Assembly: GCA_963793265.1 (NCBI GenBank)
Contig: CAWBZI010000001.1
Coordinates: 736,001 to 800,000 of the forward strand
DNA: 64,000 nt
Source of the DNA: an uncultured cyanobacterium
GTDB taxonomy: Bacteria; Cyanobacteriota; Cyanobacteriia; Phormidesmidales; Phormidesmidaceae
Direction of reading: 5' to 3'
Part shown: positions 11,001 to 20,185 of the stretch, piece by piece
How the letters are laid out: each line of letters starts with the position of its first letter
How positions within the stretch are numbered: the first letter of the stretch is position 1
The notes under the pieces: model-generated
The model's input: only the letters and a program-made list of their open reading frames with translations
The model's database searches: none
Told to the model about the DNA's origin: nothing
Program-made: the position numbers and the translations under genes

Positions 11001-11701
11001 ATGAAACCGTAAGGATCTAGTCCATTGAGATCAAGATCGTACTGATAGCCTTCTTTAGTAAGAATAAAAAATTGAGAGCTAAGTGACCGGCCGTTGCCAC
11101 CGATATTAAACGCAAAATAATTAGCGTACGTACGGCCTTTTCTTTTTGCTCCGGTGTTAGAACTATCGGCCCTAACCGTTACGTCCCATGCCGAAATGTA
11201 GCTTACGCCATTCGGCTGCGTCCAGTTTGCGGTTCCTGCTGCTACTGCTGGATTCGTACCGTTTGCTTGGTTAGGGCTAACAAAGTCAATTTCCCAAATA
11301 CCTGCTTGACCTGGCCCTATAGTCACCTTGCAAGGCACAAACGTACCGCCAGAGCCGTCACCGGGCCCAGCAATCTCTTGTGCTCGGTTGAGAATTCGTC
11401 CAACGGCACCACAGGTACCAGCATTGTTGTTAGGATTGCGATATCTAATGACGCCATTACCGATGCCAACGGCGCTGGAGCCTAAGTTAATTGTTTCGCC
11501 TTCTTTGGCATATACCTTAATAATTGTTCTTCTTGGAATACCGCCACTCGTGTCATCACGAAATTCCAAGTAAGGTCGATCGCCGCCGCTACTGACAAGA
11601 TCCTGGCTACCTTCTGCGATCGCGCTAGGAGCCGCAAAACTCGCCATACCGCCAAGCAACAAAAACGTACTGGCAATGTTGATGTAGCCTTTATTAATCA
11701 T
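8087..11701 (-). CDS. Secreted protein: uncharacterised N-terminal domain (paralogous to 3078-5948), complete DUF11, propeller-like region, SdrD-B-like domain, C-terminal truncated DUF11 (candidate tip adhesin)
   Basis: AIA/EGSQD signal cleavage. Complete DUF11 ADLIVNK..PGDALEYTITVTNDGPS..EDQIP..ITNSA..DPDLTNN. C-terminus IVKRIT..LCDRIP..FGFIRFRVTVD*. Confidence 0.85.
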   Translation of the reverse strand: MINKGYINIASTFLLLGGMASFAAPSAIAEGSQDLVSSGGDRPYLEFRDDTSGGIPRRTIIKVYAKEGETINLGSSAVGIGNGVIRYRNPNNNAGTCGAVGRILNRAQEIAGPGDGSGGTFVPCKVTIGPGQAGIWEIDFVSPNQANGTNPAVAAGTANWTQPNGVSYISAWDVTVRADSSNTGAKRKGRTYANYFAFNIGGNGRSLSSQFFILTKEGYQYDLDLNGLDPYGFILFANRNGFFEQSSGDSIFRSLQMTGANIGQQIPPGYGFQNPNDPDLGIYITHKTFINLPDPSMPSSANSPTGSTWLLSPPLPPPIPTGVEFTGIEGTPGQAGTNPLGGTLSFNSPTQSAFSITIDLNNDGDYGNGNDRTFVGRAVVGANSVFWDGLDGNQTPVLPSTIPYNVRVNLYGGEAHFPMIDAEQNPRGLILRRLNQPAGPTSEDEDPFNVYYDDRNLGGDFSLCASGETTTNAGVTDPVCYGNGSADRDPLTGINSSAGAHEFTNNFGDRRGIDTWVYYPSADVALQGGIVIKEADLIVNKEVDLDVANPGDALEYTITVTNDGPSDETGIGFEDQIPASLTNVSWSCNITSGNGSCGDDSGTGNDINTTLDLNNQAVATYTVTGIISSSASGQITNSAKAIRNNDITDPDLTNNEDDAVTVLNTTPPPGGTICYSVADGGDRLVAIDINSGAESNIGPVGVPNIEAIAYWPITNTLYATNANTLGILNTNTGAYSTLGTIGSGNGSEGNRTFADIDGLAFHPFTGELYGSVRQGNEGIPDDLLIKIDPVTGNRVADAFGPGIDYLVIQSDATTGLADIDDIAFDPETGFLYGIANAGSTSADTYIRINTTDGSTTAIGPFGTSDMEGLTAFNDGQFYAVTGDTNRFFSVDKTTGQATQISTLSVGTDYESVACLTGPPNRITGTVFLDPDTSGTLNAGDTGTPNAGVRLYRDTNGDGTVDGNDVFLVPQNTAADGTYDFLFASNGAFVLDVDPATLPPENDTFTTDNLEAADFGALLNITDSDNNFGHYTNSDLAIVKRITAINGTSLPDSVDDDTDDNDNHPNWPAGQTSAGVSKFLAGATNRLAEPGDEVEYTVYYLATGNAPITNVKLCDRIPNGTTYVNDSMVLFTNSNTTNLSDTDTDGDGAEFLPIGDATPTPCPGANNEGTVLVNLAPSPDQLPNATGPGTPTDAFGFIRFRVTVD

Positions 11702-11809
11702 GAATCAAAAGAGATTTCTGAATTTAGTAGAAGTCAGTAGCAAAAAGAACATATATAGCTAGTTGTTCCCGTTTTAGCTACAAACACATCAACAAGTGTT
11801 GTTACGTTT

Positions 11810-13954
11810 TTAAGGTTCAATTTGCAAATCTTCTTCCTGGTTAAAGAAGGTTAAATCTACGCCTCTGACATCAGTAAAGACAAACTCAACTCGGCGGTTA
11901 CGCGCAAAGTTAGTTCGGTTTGTTTCAGCGACCAGCAGTTCTGTTTCGCCAAGCGAGCGAATCGTCATCCGCTCAGCACCAATGCCCTTGCTAAGTAGAT
12001 ATCTACGCGTATTTTCTGCCCGACGACGCGCCAAATCCTGATTGTATTCAACGCTCGCACGTGAATCGGTATGGCCGTGCAAATCAATGACAATGCTGGG
12101 ATACTGTTCTAATACGGTGATAATTCTATCTAGTACAGCGGCACTTTCTACGCTAATAAAGTCCTGATCAAGGCCAAAGTGAACGTTTCGGGGCACTTCT
12201 AGCTGAAGAATTTGCGGCACTTCTACAGGCGGCGCAGGTGGCCGTGAGGTAGGTGGCGCAGGCGGCGTGGGCGGCACAGGTGTAGTTGTACACTGAGGCA
12301 TCACTTCGCCAACAACAGACACCACGTCATTGCTACCTGAGAGCGAGCGAATGGAGGTGTTAAGCGCAGGTTCGGAGGTGCCGTAGCGAGGATCTGTCGC
12401 GATCGCACTCAATACTTCTCCTCCTAAGAAAGAATCAAGCACAAACTCAAAATCGCCCGCTTCATCAGCCATAGCCGTTGCAAGCGGATCGCTCAAAGGG
12501 CCATACGCATCAGCTACGCCCGTAGAGCGATAGAGCTGAATTTCAGTATTAGCATCAGCCTTGCCACGAACTACAGCTTTGCCGTCGATCACAAAGAACT
12601 CGGGGCTGATGAACTGAGGTGCGTTTACCGCGCTGTTGCCGGTATCCTGCCTGCGGTTGCGAGAGTTGCGCTGAGGGTTGGGGCCATCGCCAGTTTGAAA
12701 GTTTTGGGGGTTGCGATCGCGCCGGGCATTCAAATCAATACTCAGCCCCTCATTATCATCAAAGAAATTTCCCGTAATCACATTGTTGTTGCTTTGCGTA
12801 TTCGGCCCTCTACCAAAAGCGGTCACGACAACGCCGCTACCTTTCTGGCTTCTAATATCGTTACCAATCACTCGATGGTCATCTCCCATCAAATACACCG
12901 CTGCCCGCCTTAGCCGCTGGCCGTTGTAGCGAATGTCATTATCAACAATCGTAACGGCCCCATCCGGCTTAAACAAGAAAACGCCGCTGCCGTCATTACC
13001 GCAGATGAGATTATTAGAAATCAGGCCGTTACTGACACTGCCATCCATCCGAATCGCATCCGGCATTCCAGCTAGGCCATTGCCAACTACAATATTCTCA
13101 ACAATTTGTAGATTGTCAGCCTGACGACCCGTGATAATGCCGCTACCGTTGTGATACTCAATTCTATTTCGCTGAATCGTTGCGCCTTTGCTATCAAACA
13201 CCGACACGCCGAAACCAGAAGGATTTTCTGGCAAAGTGCCCGCTGTTGTAAGGCCCAGCCAGTTTTGTTCGATCACAACACCTGTAGGGGGTTCGTCGTT
13301 AGATTGTCCTGCGAACGGAAGGAGGTTGTTACGGTTGAGAGGTGCCGGGCGGTGAGTGATGAAGATGTCGGCGGGTGGGGTGGATTGGGTGATGCGATCG
13401 CTCGCGTTAAATCCATACAGGTTAAGCCCGCGAACAGTAACGTTACTTGCTGAAACCGTCAGGCCACGAAACACTTCTTTATTCGCCGCTGGTCGTAAGG
13501 TAACGGCTGGAATTGGGATCGCAATTTCTGCGGTTGCTGATGAATTGGCATCATAGCCAGGCTGGCTAGTGCCGTCGATGATAACGCCAGGCTGCGAGAT
13601 GGCAGGAAGAACAGATTCCAGCTCAATTGCAGTTCGGCCAGAGGGTAAGTTGAAACGGATTTCTGAACCGTTTTGACTAGCGACGACCAACTGTTGCTCA
13701 GCCGAACTCAACTCAGAACGAAGCAGCGTTCCATTGGTTAATTCAATGGCTTCTCGTAAGATCAGCTCAGCATCAGGTTGAATTGGGCCATCAGCCGGGC
13801 TGTTAACGGTTACCTGAACGGAGGCAGGGCGGGAAGCCTGCGCCAAGCTCACGGCGGGTATCAGCAATGCACTAAGCAAACCGCAGGTTGCCAACAGCTT
13901 TAAACGAAGTTGTCTTTGAGAACGTGTATGTGCCATCTGTTTTACGGGGGCCAT
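11810..13954 (-). CDS. Secreted CSLREA-like / right-handed beta-helix protein with Pro-rich linker and C-terminal OmpA-like peptidoglycan-binding domain
   Basis: VTVNSPADG..LREAI. Repeated I-x-x-N-x-I-x-x-N-x-G-x-G-I/V. VHFGLDQ..GHTDSRAS..YNQDLARRRA..NRRVEF. Confidence 0.88.
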   Translation of the reverse strand: MAPVKQMAHTRSQRQLRLKLLATCGLLSALLIPAVSLAQASRPASVQVTVNSPADGPIQPDAELILREAIELTNGTLLRSELSSAEQQLVVASQNGSEIRFNLPSGRTAIELESVLPAISQPGVIIDGTSQPGYDANSSATAEIAIPIPAVTLRPAANKEVFRGLTVSASNVTVRGLNLYGFNASDRITQSTPPADIFITHRPAPLNRNNLLPFAGQSNDEPPTGVVIEQNWLGLTTAGTLPENPSGFGVSVFDSKGATIQRNRIEYHNGSGIITGRQADNLQIVENIVVGNGLAGMPDAIRMDGSVSNGLISNNLICGNDGSGVFLFKPDGAVTIVDNDIRYNGQRLRRAAVYLMGDDHRVIGNDIRSQKGSGVVVTAFGRGPNTQSNNNVITGNFFDDNEGLSIDLNARRDRNPQNFQTGDGPNPQRNSRNRRQDTGNSAVNAPQFISPEFFVIDGKAVVRGKADANTEIQLYRSTGVADAYGPLSDPLATAMADEAGDFEFVLDSFLGGEVLSAIATDPRYGTSEPALNTSIRSLSGSNDVVSVVGEVMPQCTTTPVPPTPPAPPTSRPPAPPVEVPQILQLEVPRNVHFGLDQDFISVESAAVLDRIITVLEQYPSIVIDLHGHTDSRASVEYNQDLARRRAENTRRYLLSKGIGAERMTIRSLGETELLVAETNRTNFARNRRVEFVFTDVRGVDLTFFNQEEDLQIEP

Positions 13955-13974
13955 CTGTTTTTACTGAGACGGGT

Positions 13975-16900
13975 TTATAGGTCAGTTGCCGTTGGATAGG
14001 TTTCGTTTGTAGGCATTGCCGAAGAGGTTTCCGAAGAAGTTGCCGCAGAAGTCGTCGAAGAATCTGCTTGAACGCTTTCGTCACCAGACTCTTGAGAAAC
14101 TTGAATAACAGACTCTTCTTGCTGAACAGGTGCAGCAGGCTGTGTGCCAAAGCCATTCAACAAACCGCTGAGCTTAGCCGTCATCCCAAAGTAAAAGCCG
14201 CCCGCGCTCCGATTCTCACCGAAGTCGGTATCGTTAGCGCCGCCGCTATAGCCCGCCGAAACGCGCAGGTCAGGCAGCGGATAGTAGCCGCCTTCAAGCG
14301 AGTAGCCGGTTTCATTAAAGCCACTGCCGCCAATCCAGCGCACTTCGCCCACCGTATCCCAGCGATAGCCCAAGCGATAGGTTGCTCTGGCCTGTGCAAG
14401 CTGTACGGTGCTGCCGCTAGAAAAGCTGTTGTCAGAAACGTTCAGCGAACTGCGGCTGTGGCGTAGCGCATACTTTCCGTATAGCTCCCATCGCCAGTTA
14501 GGCGCATAGATACCTTCAGCCGAAAAGACATGATCCTGCGTTTCCGAATTAGTCCCAGAAAGAGAGTTTGTCGGAATCGAATTAGGGTTCATCCGGTGCT
14601 CGTAGCGCAACAGCCCGTTAAAGCGGTCGTCTTTAGGATTGCGGTAGGCCATACCCAGCTTAAGAATGCTAGTGGTGCCCAAACCTGTGATTCGTTGATT
14701 AGCTGCACGCGCCGCTCGATAATCTCCTAATAGCGTTATGGAAGGCGTGACTCGACCCAGTGCAGAGAGCGTGAATACTGTGTTAGACGTGCCCCGATTG
14801 GAGCTGCGGTGCTCGAAGCGAGTACTGGCCTGAAAATCTGGATTGTCGGTGTAAGAAAGGCCCACGCTGTAACTTTCGCCGCCTGCCAAGCCCAACGCCG
14901 CCGCTCTGTTGCCAGTCGCGAACGGTTGAGCAAACTGCGTACTCGCAGCGGTTTCATTACCTAGCGTAGAGAAGACTTTCTCATAACCCAAATCCAAATC
15001 TAAGCCAGGCGCTAAGTTAATGCCCTGCTCTAAGCCAATCGTGCCGCCAATCTGACGACCGTCTACCGTAGAGAATCGACCGCGAATGGTGGTATCTGAA
15101 GCGAAAGTATGATCTCCAGTGACATCGATACTGGTTGCGTTGCCGCGGCTGTTGCCGCCACCGCCATAAAAGACTTGGTTAGCGCTGATGTTGAGCCAGG
15201 GCATTACTTCCCAGTTCAGACCAATCAGCGTACGGCTAGGGTAGATAGGATCTACGTTAGAAGAGAGGTTAAGTTCGTTTTGGGCGACTAGACTAAGCTT
15301 GCGAGTGATGGGCGTGGTTAAGCGAGTTCTGAGCTGGTCAGAAGAGATTGATCGGTCGCTGTTGATGCGGTCTGTGCGATCGCGATGCAGCCAGTCTATT
15401 TCTGCCGTCGCTCGGCCCAATCGCTGACTTAACCCTATTGAATAGGTCGTCAGCGAATTATCTAGAGGTGCACCCGGCTCGGTATTTAGGCCCAACAACA
15501 GATCAGAGACATCGGTGATGACCCGAGGCGCATTACCTGTATTATCTTCATGATCGTAGCGGGCTCTGAGTGAAGTATTGCGCCCCAAACGTCCTGTCAC
15601 CTGAGCGCCATAGCGGGTTTGCCCTGGCACAAAGCTCGTCGTCGCAGTATTCGTAAAGCCCGCATCCGTAGAGCGGTAATAGGCTCGACCGCTAAGCGCC
15701 GTGCCTAAGCTACCGTCAAACGAAATCCGATAGCCCGTGCCGTTGACCTCATCGGTACCCGAAAAATCGCTTGAAGACTGCGCAATTTCAGCAATCACCT
15801 GAGCATTCTGGCCTAAGGCAATGCGAGCGTCCGCGCCATAAAGCGTAAAGTCGCGAGTGCCCTGGTCTTCGGTAAAGTAGCTCGCCCCCACCCAAGACTC
15901 TACGCCCTGCTGCTGATTGAGGTTGTATTGCAAGCGTCCCGCTAAGATGTCGGTGTCGTCACCGTCTTCGTGCTGGTAAGTTGCAACAATCCGACGAACC
16001 AACAACAGTCCATAATCATCAACAGCGGTGCGAGTCACCGGATCGTTGAAGAGAATCGTGCCTCGGTCGTAGTCAATCTCGTAGTCAGCACCACGATAGA
16101 GAGGCTTGCGCTCTAACACCGTACCGGGCCGTTCGAGTTCTTCAAGTTCTATATAGACATTTTCACTACCGGGCAACAGATTGCGCTCAGATGTAAAGTA
16201 GAAGCCGCTCGTACCGTCAGGCACAATCGTATCTCTTTGGAAGCCTTCTACGTTGTTAGCGTATAGGCCCGTAACGGCTAAGTTGCCGAAGTTGTAGTTA
16301 GATTTGAAGCCGTGAAGCTGGCGGCTTGTGGCGGTAAAAAGCTGAGAAGAGGTAGCAAATTCAGACGTGCTGAAGTCGCCCCACATGGCGTAGTCAATAG
16401 CTCTATCGTTGCTGGGCGAGTTGCGCTCTAGTCGTAAGTAAACGCTGTCGAGAGAAGGCGCGAGCGTATCGGTGTAAGAGTCGTCGCCGTAGGTTGTATA
16501 GCTGCTGCAATCGCTGCCAGTGCCCGATCGAAAGAGCGTTGTTTCGCCACGACAGTTTTCGTTGAGGGTGCGATCGCTGTTATAAGCCCCCGTATAAAGC
16601 CACTCGCCCAAATTACCCGTTGCAAACACCGCCGCGTCTACATCAAACTCATAGCTGTTGTCGCCATCTTCAGGTAAAAAGTCTCGGAAGCTGTCGTAAA
16701 AGTCGGTGCCGCGTGCGCCCACTCGGATGTCAATTACACCCGAAATTAAGCTAGGTCTTTGCGGGGTTTCAAACTGCACCTGGCTAAAGGCATCGAACCC
16801 GTTAGCATTTGCCTGAATCTGCACCAGATGAGATTCGAGCGAAGATTGCAGCTCAGCAGCGAACTCACCGCGCCGAATTTCTACCTGATAGCCCGGCATA

Positions 16901-18471
16901 TCTGGGTCTTGATCAGCACCGATAAACTGACCGTCGCTCGTGCGCAGCGTGGCCACCGAATCCCAGCGAGAGATGTTGCCAATCTCATCGACGAGCTGGC
17001 CGCGAATCGTCGCCGTAGAGCGACCGTCAGAAGGAATCGACTGGGGAGAGAGCAACACCAGTTTTTCAGGCAAGCCTCGCACCGTCAGCGGCAAGCTTTG
17101 GAGAACGTCACCCGTTTCTGTTGAAATAACTTCTAGAACGTTCTCACCTGACACCAGGGGAACGCCGTACCAGGTTTGCGTACGAAGCTGAGTCACTGGG
17201 TCGGTTTCTGTTCTACCCACTAAGCTCGAATCAACCACATGGCCGTTCGTCAGCAGAGCGATATTTGCGCCAGTCGGGAAGCGCAGCACAACAGAAGTGG
17301 CCGGAATATCCAGGAAAGCGCCTGCTTCAGGGCTTAAAAACTCAATGTCACTGGCGTCTGCTGAGACGGCAATTTCATCACCAGTCGCTAAGTCAGCAGG
17401 CGTAATTGATATCTGTTGAATACCGTTAATATCGTAGCTAGCAACGCCCGGTGTGAACGTAGAGTCGATGATGGCAATATCGTCGCTATCAGCTTCTATC
17501 AGCTCGCGTGGCGTGAGCGAAATCCAGGCAGCGGGACGTTTAGCAGCCTCACGTCTTGGTAGGTTGACAGCGAGGCGAGGCGCGTTTGGATTCTCTTGTA
17601 TCTGGCCGTTGTCGTCCACCATGAGACGACGCGCTAGCCAGGGCGTTTTCTTTTCGTCATCGTCTTCAGCCTCTAGGCCAAGCGCAATCCGAAGCTCATC
17701 CCGTTTTTCTTCCGCTTCGTCTGTCGCTTCAGGCGCGAGGGCAATTTGAGGCGCGAGAGTTTGTAGAGGTGCGATCGCTTCTACAGCTTCCGTTTCAATT
17801 GACGTCTCAAAACCCGGCAGTGTCGTTGCTAACCATGGAGTTTTCTTTTGCTCAGCCTGCGGGGCTTCAGGCGTAGCGATCGCAATCAAAGGCGCAATCG
17901 TATTAAAGTCTTGCTTCTCTGGGGGGGGGGCGATCACGATCAAAGGCGATTCCTTAAGTAAAAGCGCCTGATTTTCTGTTTCTTCCTCTTCCTCTTCTTC
18001 AATCCCTTCCTCAGGAGAGAGAGATAATAGTGCTGGTTCAGTGTTTGCTGCTGTGAGGTCTACTGTAGGCTCATTGCTGGCTTCTGAAGAATCTACAGCA
18101 ATGAGGGGGAAGTCGTTTTGAGCAGATTGAGCGATCACACTCTCTTCTGCAAACGCTTGGGCCAGCAAAGGAGCCGTCGGTTCATAATTATCGGCAACCA
18201 CCGTCTCCGACTCAATCCAGGGAACATCCCACTGTACCGCGCGAGTTTTTAGCTCAACGCCAGGCGCGATCGCCTCTAAAGACTCAGCCTCATCAACAGG
18301 ATCTATCGGGGTGTCTAACCCCTGTACGGCCTCAGCAGATTGAGCATTAGCAGCGCTAGGCAGCAGCCCCAAACTCGCTAGCACACTTACAGCAAGCCCA
18401 GACTTCAGACCAGCAGGACAGTTTGAGAGCAGTCTAAAGAGCAACAGTTTATCTTTTGAAGTTTTAGACAT
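13975..18471 (-). CDS. Large secreted protein, predicted outer-membrane beta-barrel with periplasmic Ig-like domains and an acidic N-terminal linker
   Basis: Signal peptide (AANA/Q). Invasin-like Ig motif SIPSDGRSTATIRGQLVD. The C-terminal ~900 aa are rich in alternating aromatic/Gly amphipathic strands (e.g. LYGKYALR, RATYRLGYRWD, YSLEGGYY, FYFGMTAK). Confidence 0.75.
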   Translation of the reverse strand: MSKTSKDKLLLFRLLSNCPAGLKSGLAVSVLASLGLLPSAANAQSAEAVQGLDTPIDPVDEAESLEAIAPGVELKTRAVQWDVPWIESETVVADNYEPTAPLLAQAFAEESVIAQSAQNDFPLIAVDSSEASNEPTVDLTAANTEPALLSLSPEEGIEEEEEEETENQALLLKESPLIVIAPPPEKQDFNTIAPLIAIATPEAPQAEQKKTPWLATTLPGFETSIETEAVEAIAPLQTLAPQIALAPEATDEAEEKRDELRIALGLEAEDDDEKKTPWLARRLMVDDNGQIQENPNAPRLAVNLPRREAAKRPAAWISLTPRELIEADSDDIAIIDSTFTPGVASYDINGIQQISITPADLATGDEIAVSADASDIEFLSPEAGAFLDIPATSVVLRFPTGANIALLTNGHVVDSSLVGRTETDPVTQLRTQTWYGVPLVSGENVLEVISTETGDVLQSLPLTVRGLPEKLVLLSPQSIPSDGRSTATIRGQLVDEIGNISRWDSVATLRTSDGQFIGADQDPDMPGYQVEIRRGEFAAELQSSLESHLVQIQANANGFDAFSQVQFETPQRPSLISGVIDIRVGARGTDFYDSFRDFLPEDGDNSYEFDVDAAVFATGNLGEWLYTGAYNSDRTLNENCRGETTLFRSGTGSDCSSYTTYGDDSYTDTLAPSLDSVYLRLERNSPSNDRAIDYAMWGDFSTSEFATSSQLFTATSRQLHGFKSNYNFGNLAVTGLYANNVEGFQRDTIVPDGTSGFYFTSERNLLPGSENVYIELEELERPGTVLERKPLYRGADYEIDYDRGTILFNDPVTRTAVDDYGLLLVRRIVATYQHEDGDDTDILAGRLQYNLNQQQGVESWVGASYFTEDQGTRDFTLYGADARIALGQNAQVIAEIAQSSSDFSGTDEVNGTGYRISFDGSLGTALSGRAYYRSTDAGFTNTATTSFVPGQTRYGAQVTGRLGRNTSLRARYDHEDNTGNAPRVITDVSDLLLGLNTEPGAPLDNSLTTYSIGLSQRLGRATAEIDWLHRDRTDRINSDRSISSDQLRTRLTTPITRKLSLVAQNELNLSSNVDPIYPSRTLIGLNWEVMPWLNISANQVFYGGGGNSRGNATSIDVTGDHTFASDTTIRGRFSTVDGRQIGGTIGLEQGINLAPGLDLDLGYEKVFSTLGNETAASTQFAQPFATGNRAAALGLAGGESYSVGLSYTDNPDFQASTRFEHRSSNRGTSNTVFTLSALGRVTPSITLLGDYRAARAANQRITGLGTTSILKLGMAYRNPKDDRFNGLLRYEHRMNPNSIPTNSLSGTNSETQDHVFSAEGIYAPNWRWELYGKYALRHSRSSLNVSDNSFSSGSTVQLAQARATYRLGYRWDTVGEVRWIGGSGFNETGYSLEGGYYPLPDLRVSAGYSGGANDTDFGENRSAGGFYFGMTAKLSGLLNGFGTQPAAPVQQEESVIQVSQESGDESVQADSSTTSAATSSETSSAMPTNETYPTATDL
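17921..17930. repeat. G10 homopolymer (C10 on the coding strand) inside the barrel gene
   Basis: ctct-gggggggggg-cgat, encoding A-P-P-P. Confidence 0.9.
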
Positions 18472-18473
18472 GA

Positions 18474-19976
18474 TTAGTTTTGCTCCTCCTGGAAAGTGGG
18501 CGTTACCCCAAAGTTCATGCGCACGAGCCCGCCGGGAGCAAGATTAACCAGTCGAGAATGACTGTTGCGTTCGTTAAAGCGAAGGTTTGGGGCGAGCGTG
18601 TAGCCCGGTAAGCTACTCAGATCAATAGTGCCGGTACGCTGTCCAGGCAGCATTTTTTGAACAGAATAAAGGCCGTCCGCATCAGTAACCACTCGGTTAC
18701 CGTCATCTAAGAATATGACCGCGTTTGGAATACCCGCCTCACCCGGCTGCTGCTCGCCATCAAAGTTTTTATCTTCAAAAACGCGACCGATGAGCGTACC
18801 GCAGTCAGAGAGAATACCAGGGTCAAGCGTTAGTTGATGAGAGCTTGGCCCGTCTTGAACCCTAAAGCCGCTATCTGTTCTTTCGGCAGTAACCTCAGCG
18901 CTGTTACGGCCCGACCCTCTTAGCGCATCTGGCGTCAGCCGCACACCGTAGATAATATCTAGCGTACGATCAGCAGGCAGCACATCAGGCACCCTAAAGC
19001 TTACTGTTCGATTATTGATATCAGCAACAACCGGAACAACATCACCGTCTACTTGGCCCGTCACTGACTCTGGCAACAGCTCGAAACCAAGCGGTAGCGT
19101 ATCTACTGCAACAATTGAATCGATACCAGCTCTAGCCAAGTTTTGAATATTTAACCGATAGAGAACAATATCTCCAGGCTGAGCCGCAGAGCGGTCGGCT
19201 GATTTGGTGATTCTGACCTGCTCAGATTCGCAAATAACAGAGCTTAAACCAAATTCAAAGAAGGTTAAGAACTGAACGGCTGCGTTGCGAACTTCAACCC
19301 GGCGCGTGAGTTCGGTAGCACCATCAACTGAGATAGGCTGACCGTCTAAAGATGTCGCTCGGTAGCTAAGTGTTGCTGTATTATTTGCAGTATCTTCTGC
19401 AATGCCTTGCAGTTCAATTCGAATACGTCTCTCGCCAAAAGAAGAGTCATCTGGTGGATTGATAACCAGGATATATTGAGCACCTGCGTCGGTCTGGCTT
19501 AGCCCAGCGTTAATTGGGCTAGTGAGCTGAACAGACGAATCGAATAAGAAATTGTAACGACCTTCATTCGGTAAGAAGGGAAAGGGATTAACGTTGCTCT
19601 CGTTGGGTGGAATGCTGTCGGTACCGCTAGTAGGCGTAAGAGATACCAAATTTCCTAAATCTAAACCGCTAGCATCGGGTTCGTAGAGCGCACTCGAAAA
19701 GCCAACATAGCTAGGAAGCGGTTCGCCATTGCAGCCTAAAAGATCGCCGCCTGGGTCGATTAATACTGGGTCTAGGCCAGTGATAATTTGGTTAGAGGTA
19801 ATGCCAACGGGGCCGTTGCCAGTGGTGTAGGTAGCCGTCGCTTCGTTAAGAATATCAGGTAGCTGCGCGTAGGCACCGGTGATTGGGTGGCTCAAGAGGC
19901 CAACTAAAACGAGGGCCATCAAACGCTGCCAGCGGCGGGAGCGTCGAAACCATTTAGGTGTGGAAAAAATTGGCAT
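18474..19976 (-). CDS. Secreted protein: N-terminal donor-strand motif, complete DUF11, C-terminal SdrD-B/Cna-B-like domain (candidate base subunit)
   Basis: AYA/QLPDILNEATATY..ITSNQI. ITKSADRSAAQPGDIVLYRL..VDTLP..GRNSAEV. GRVFEDKNFDGEQQPGEAGIPNAVI..TDADGLYS. Ends 2 nt before the barrel ATG. Confidence 0.85.
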   Translation of the reverse strand: MPIFSTPKWFRRSRRWQRLMALVLVGLLSHPITGAYAQLPDILNEATATYTTGNGPVGITSNQIITGLDPVLIDPGGDLLGCNGEPLPSYVGFSSALYEPDASGLDLGNLVSLTPTSGTDSIPPNESNVNPFPFLPNEGRYNFLFDSSVQLTSPINAGLSQTDAGAQYILVINPPDDSSFGERRIRIELQGIAEDTANNTATLSYRATSLDGQPISVDGATELTRRVEVRNAAVQFLTFFEFGLSSVICESEQVRITKSADRSAAQPGDIVLYRLNIQNLARAGIDSIVAVDTLPLGFELLPESVTGQVDGDVVPVVADINNRTVSFRVPDVLPADRTLDIIYGVRLTPDALRGSGRNSAEVTAERTDSGFRVQDGPSSHQLTLDPGILSDCGTLIGRVFEDKNFDGEQQPGEAGIPNAVIFLDDGNRVVTDADGLYSVQKMLPGQRTGTIDLSSLPGYTLAPNLRFNERNSHSRLVNLAPGGLVRMNFGVTPTFQEEQN

Positions 19977-20114
19977 TGTATCTCGTTCAAATGGCTTTTT
20001 AAGGGCTCAGATATTTGTGATAGAAATAGTGTTTAGGAGGCTCCTATGGCGCTGAAGGTTACTGTGACCTGTCAGGGAAGGAAATATTGAGCAAGAATAT
20101 TGAATAGTTTGATT

Positions 20115-20170
20115 AGAAAAAGAGAAAGAGAAGGGCGATCGCACTCCTTTAAAAGAACTGCGATCGCCCT
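20115..20170 (-). terminator. Rho-independent terminator/attenuator after the 187-aa gene, with a stem built from two HIP1 sites
   Basis: AGGGCGATCGCA..TGCGATCGCCCT inverted repeat followed on the minus strand by TCTCTTTCTCTTTTT. Confidence 0.65.
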
Positions 20171-20185
20171 ATTCATCTACCGTGA

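Noticed and set aside
13975..18471. TonB-dependent receptor call
   Set aside because: No recognisable TonB box, plug or C-terminal Phe signature. The context favours export, though this is unproven.
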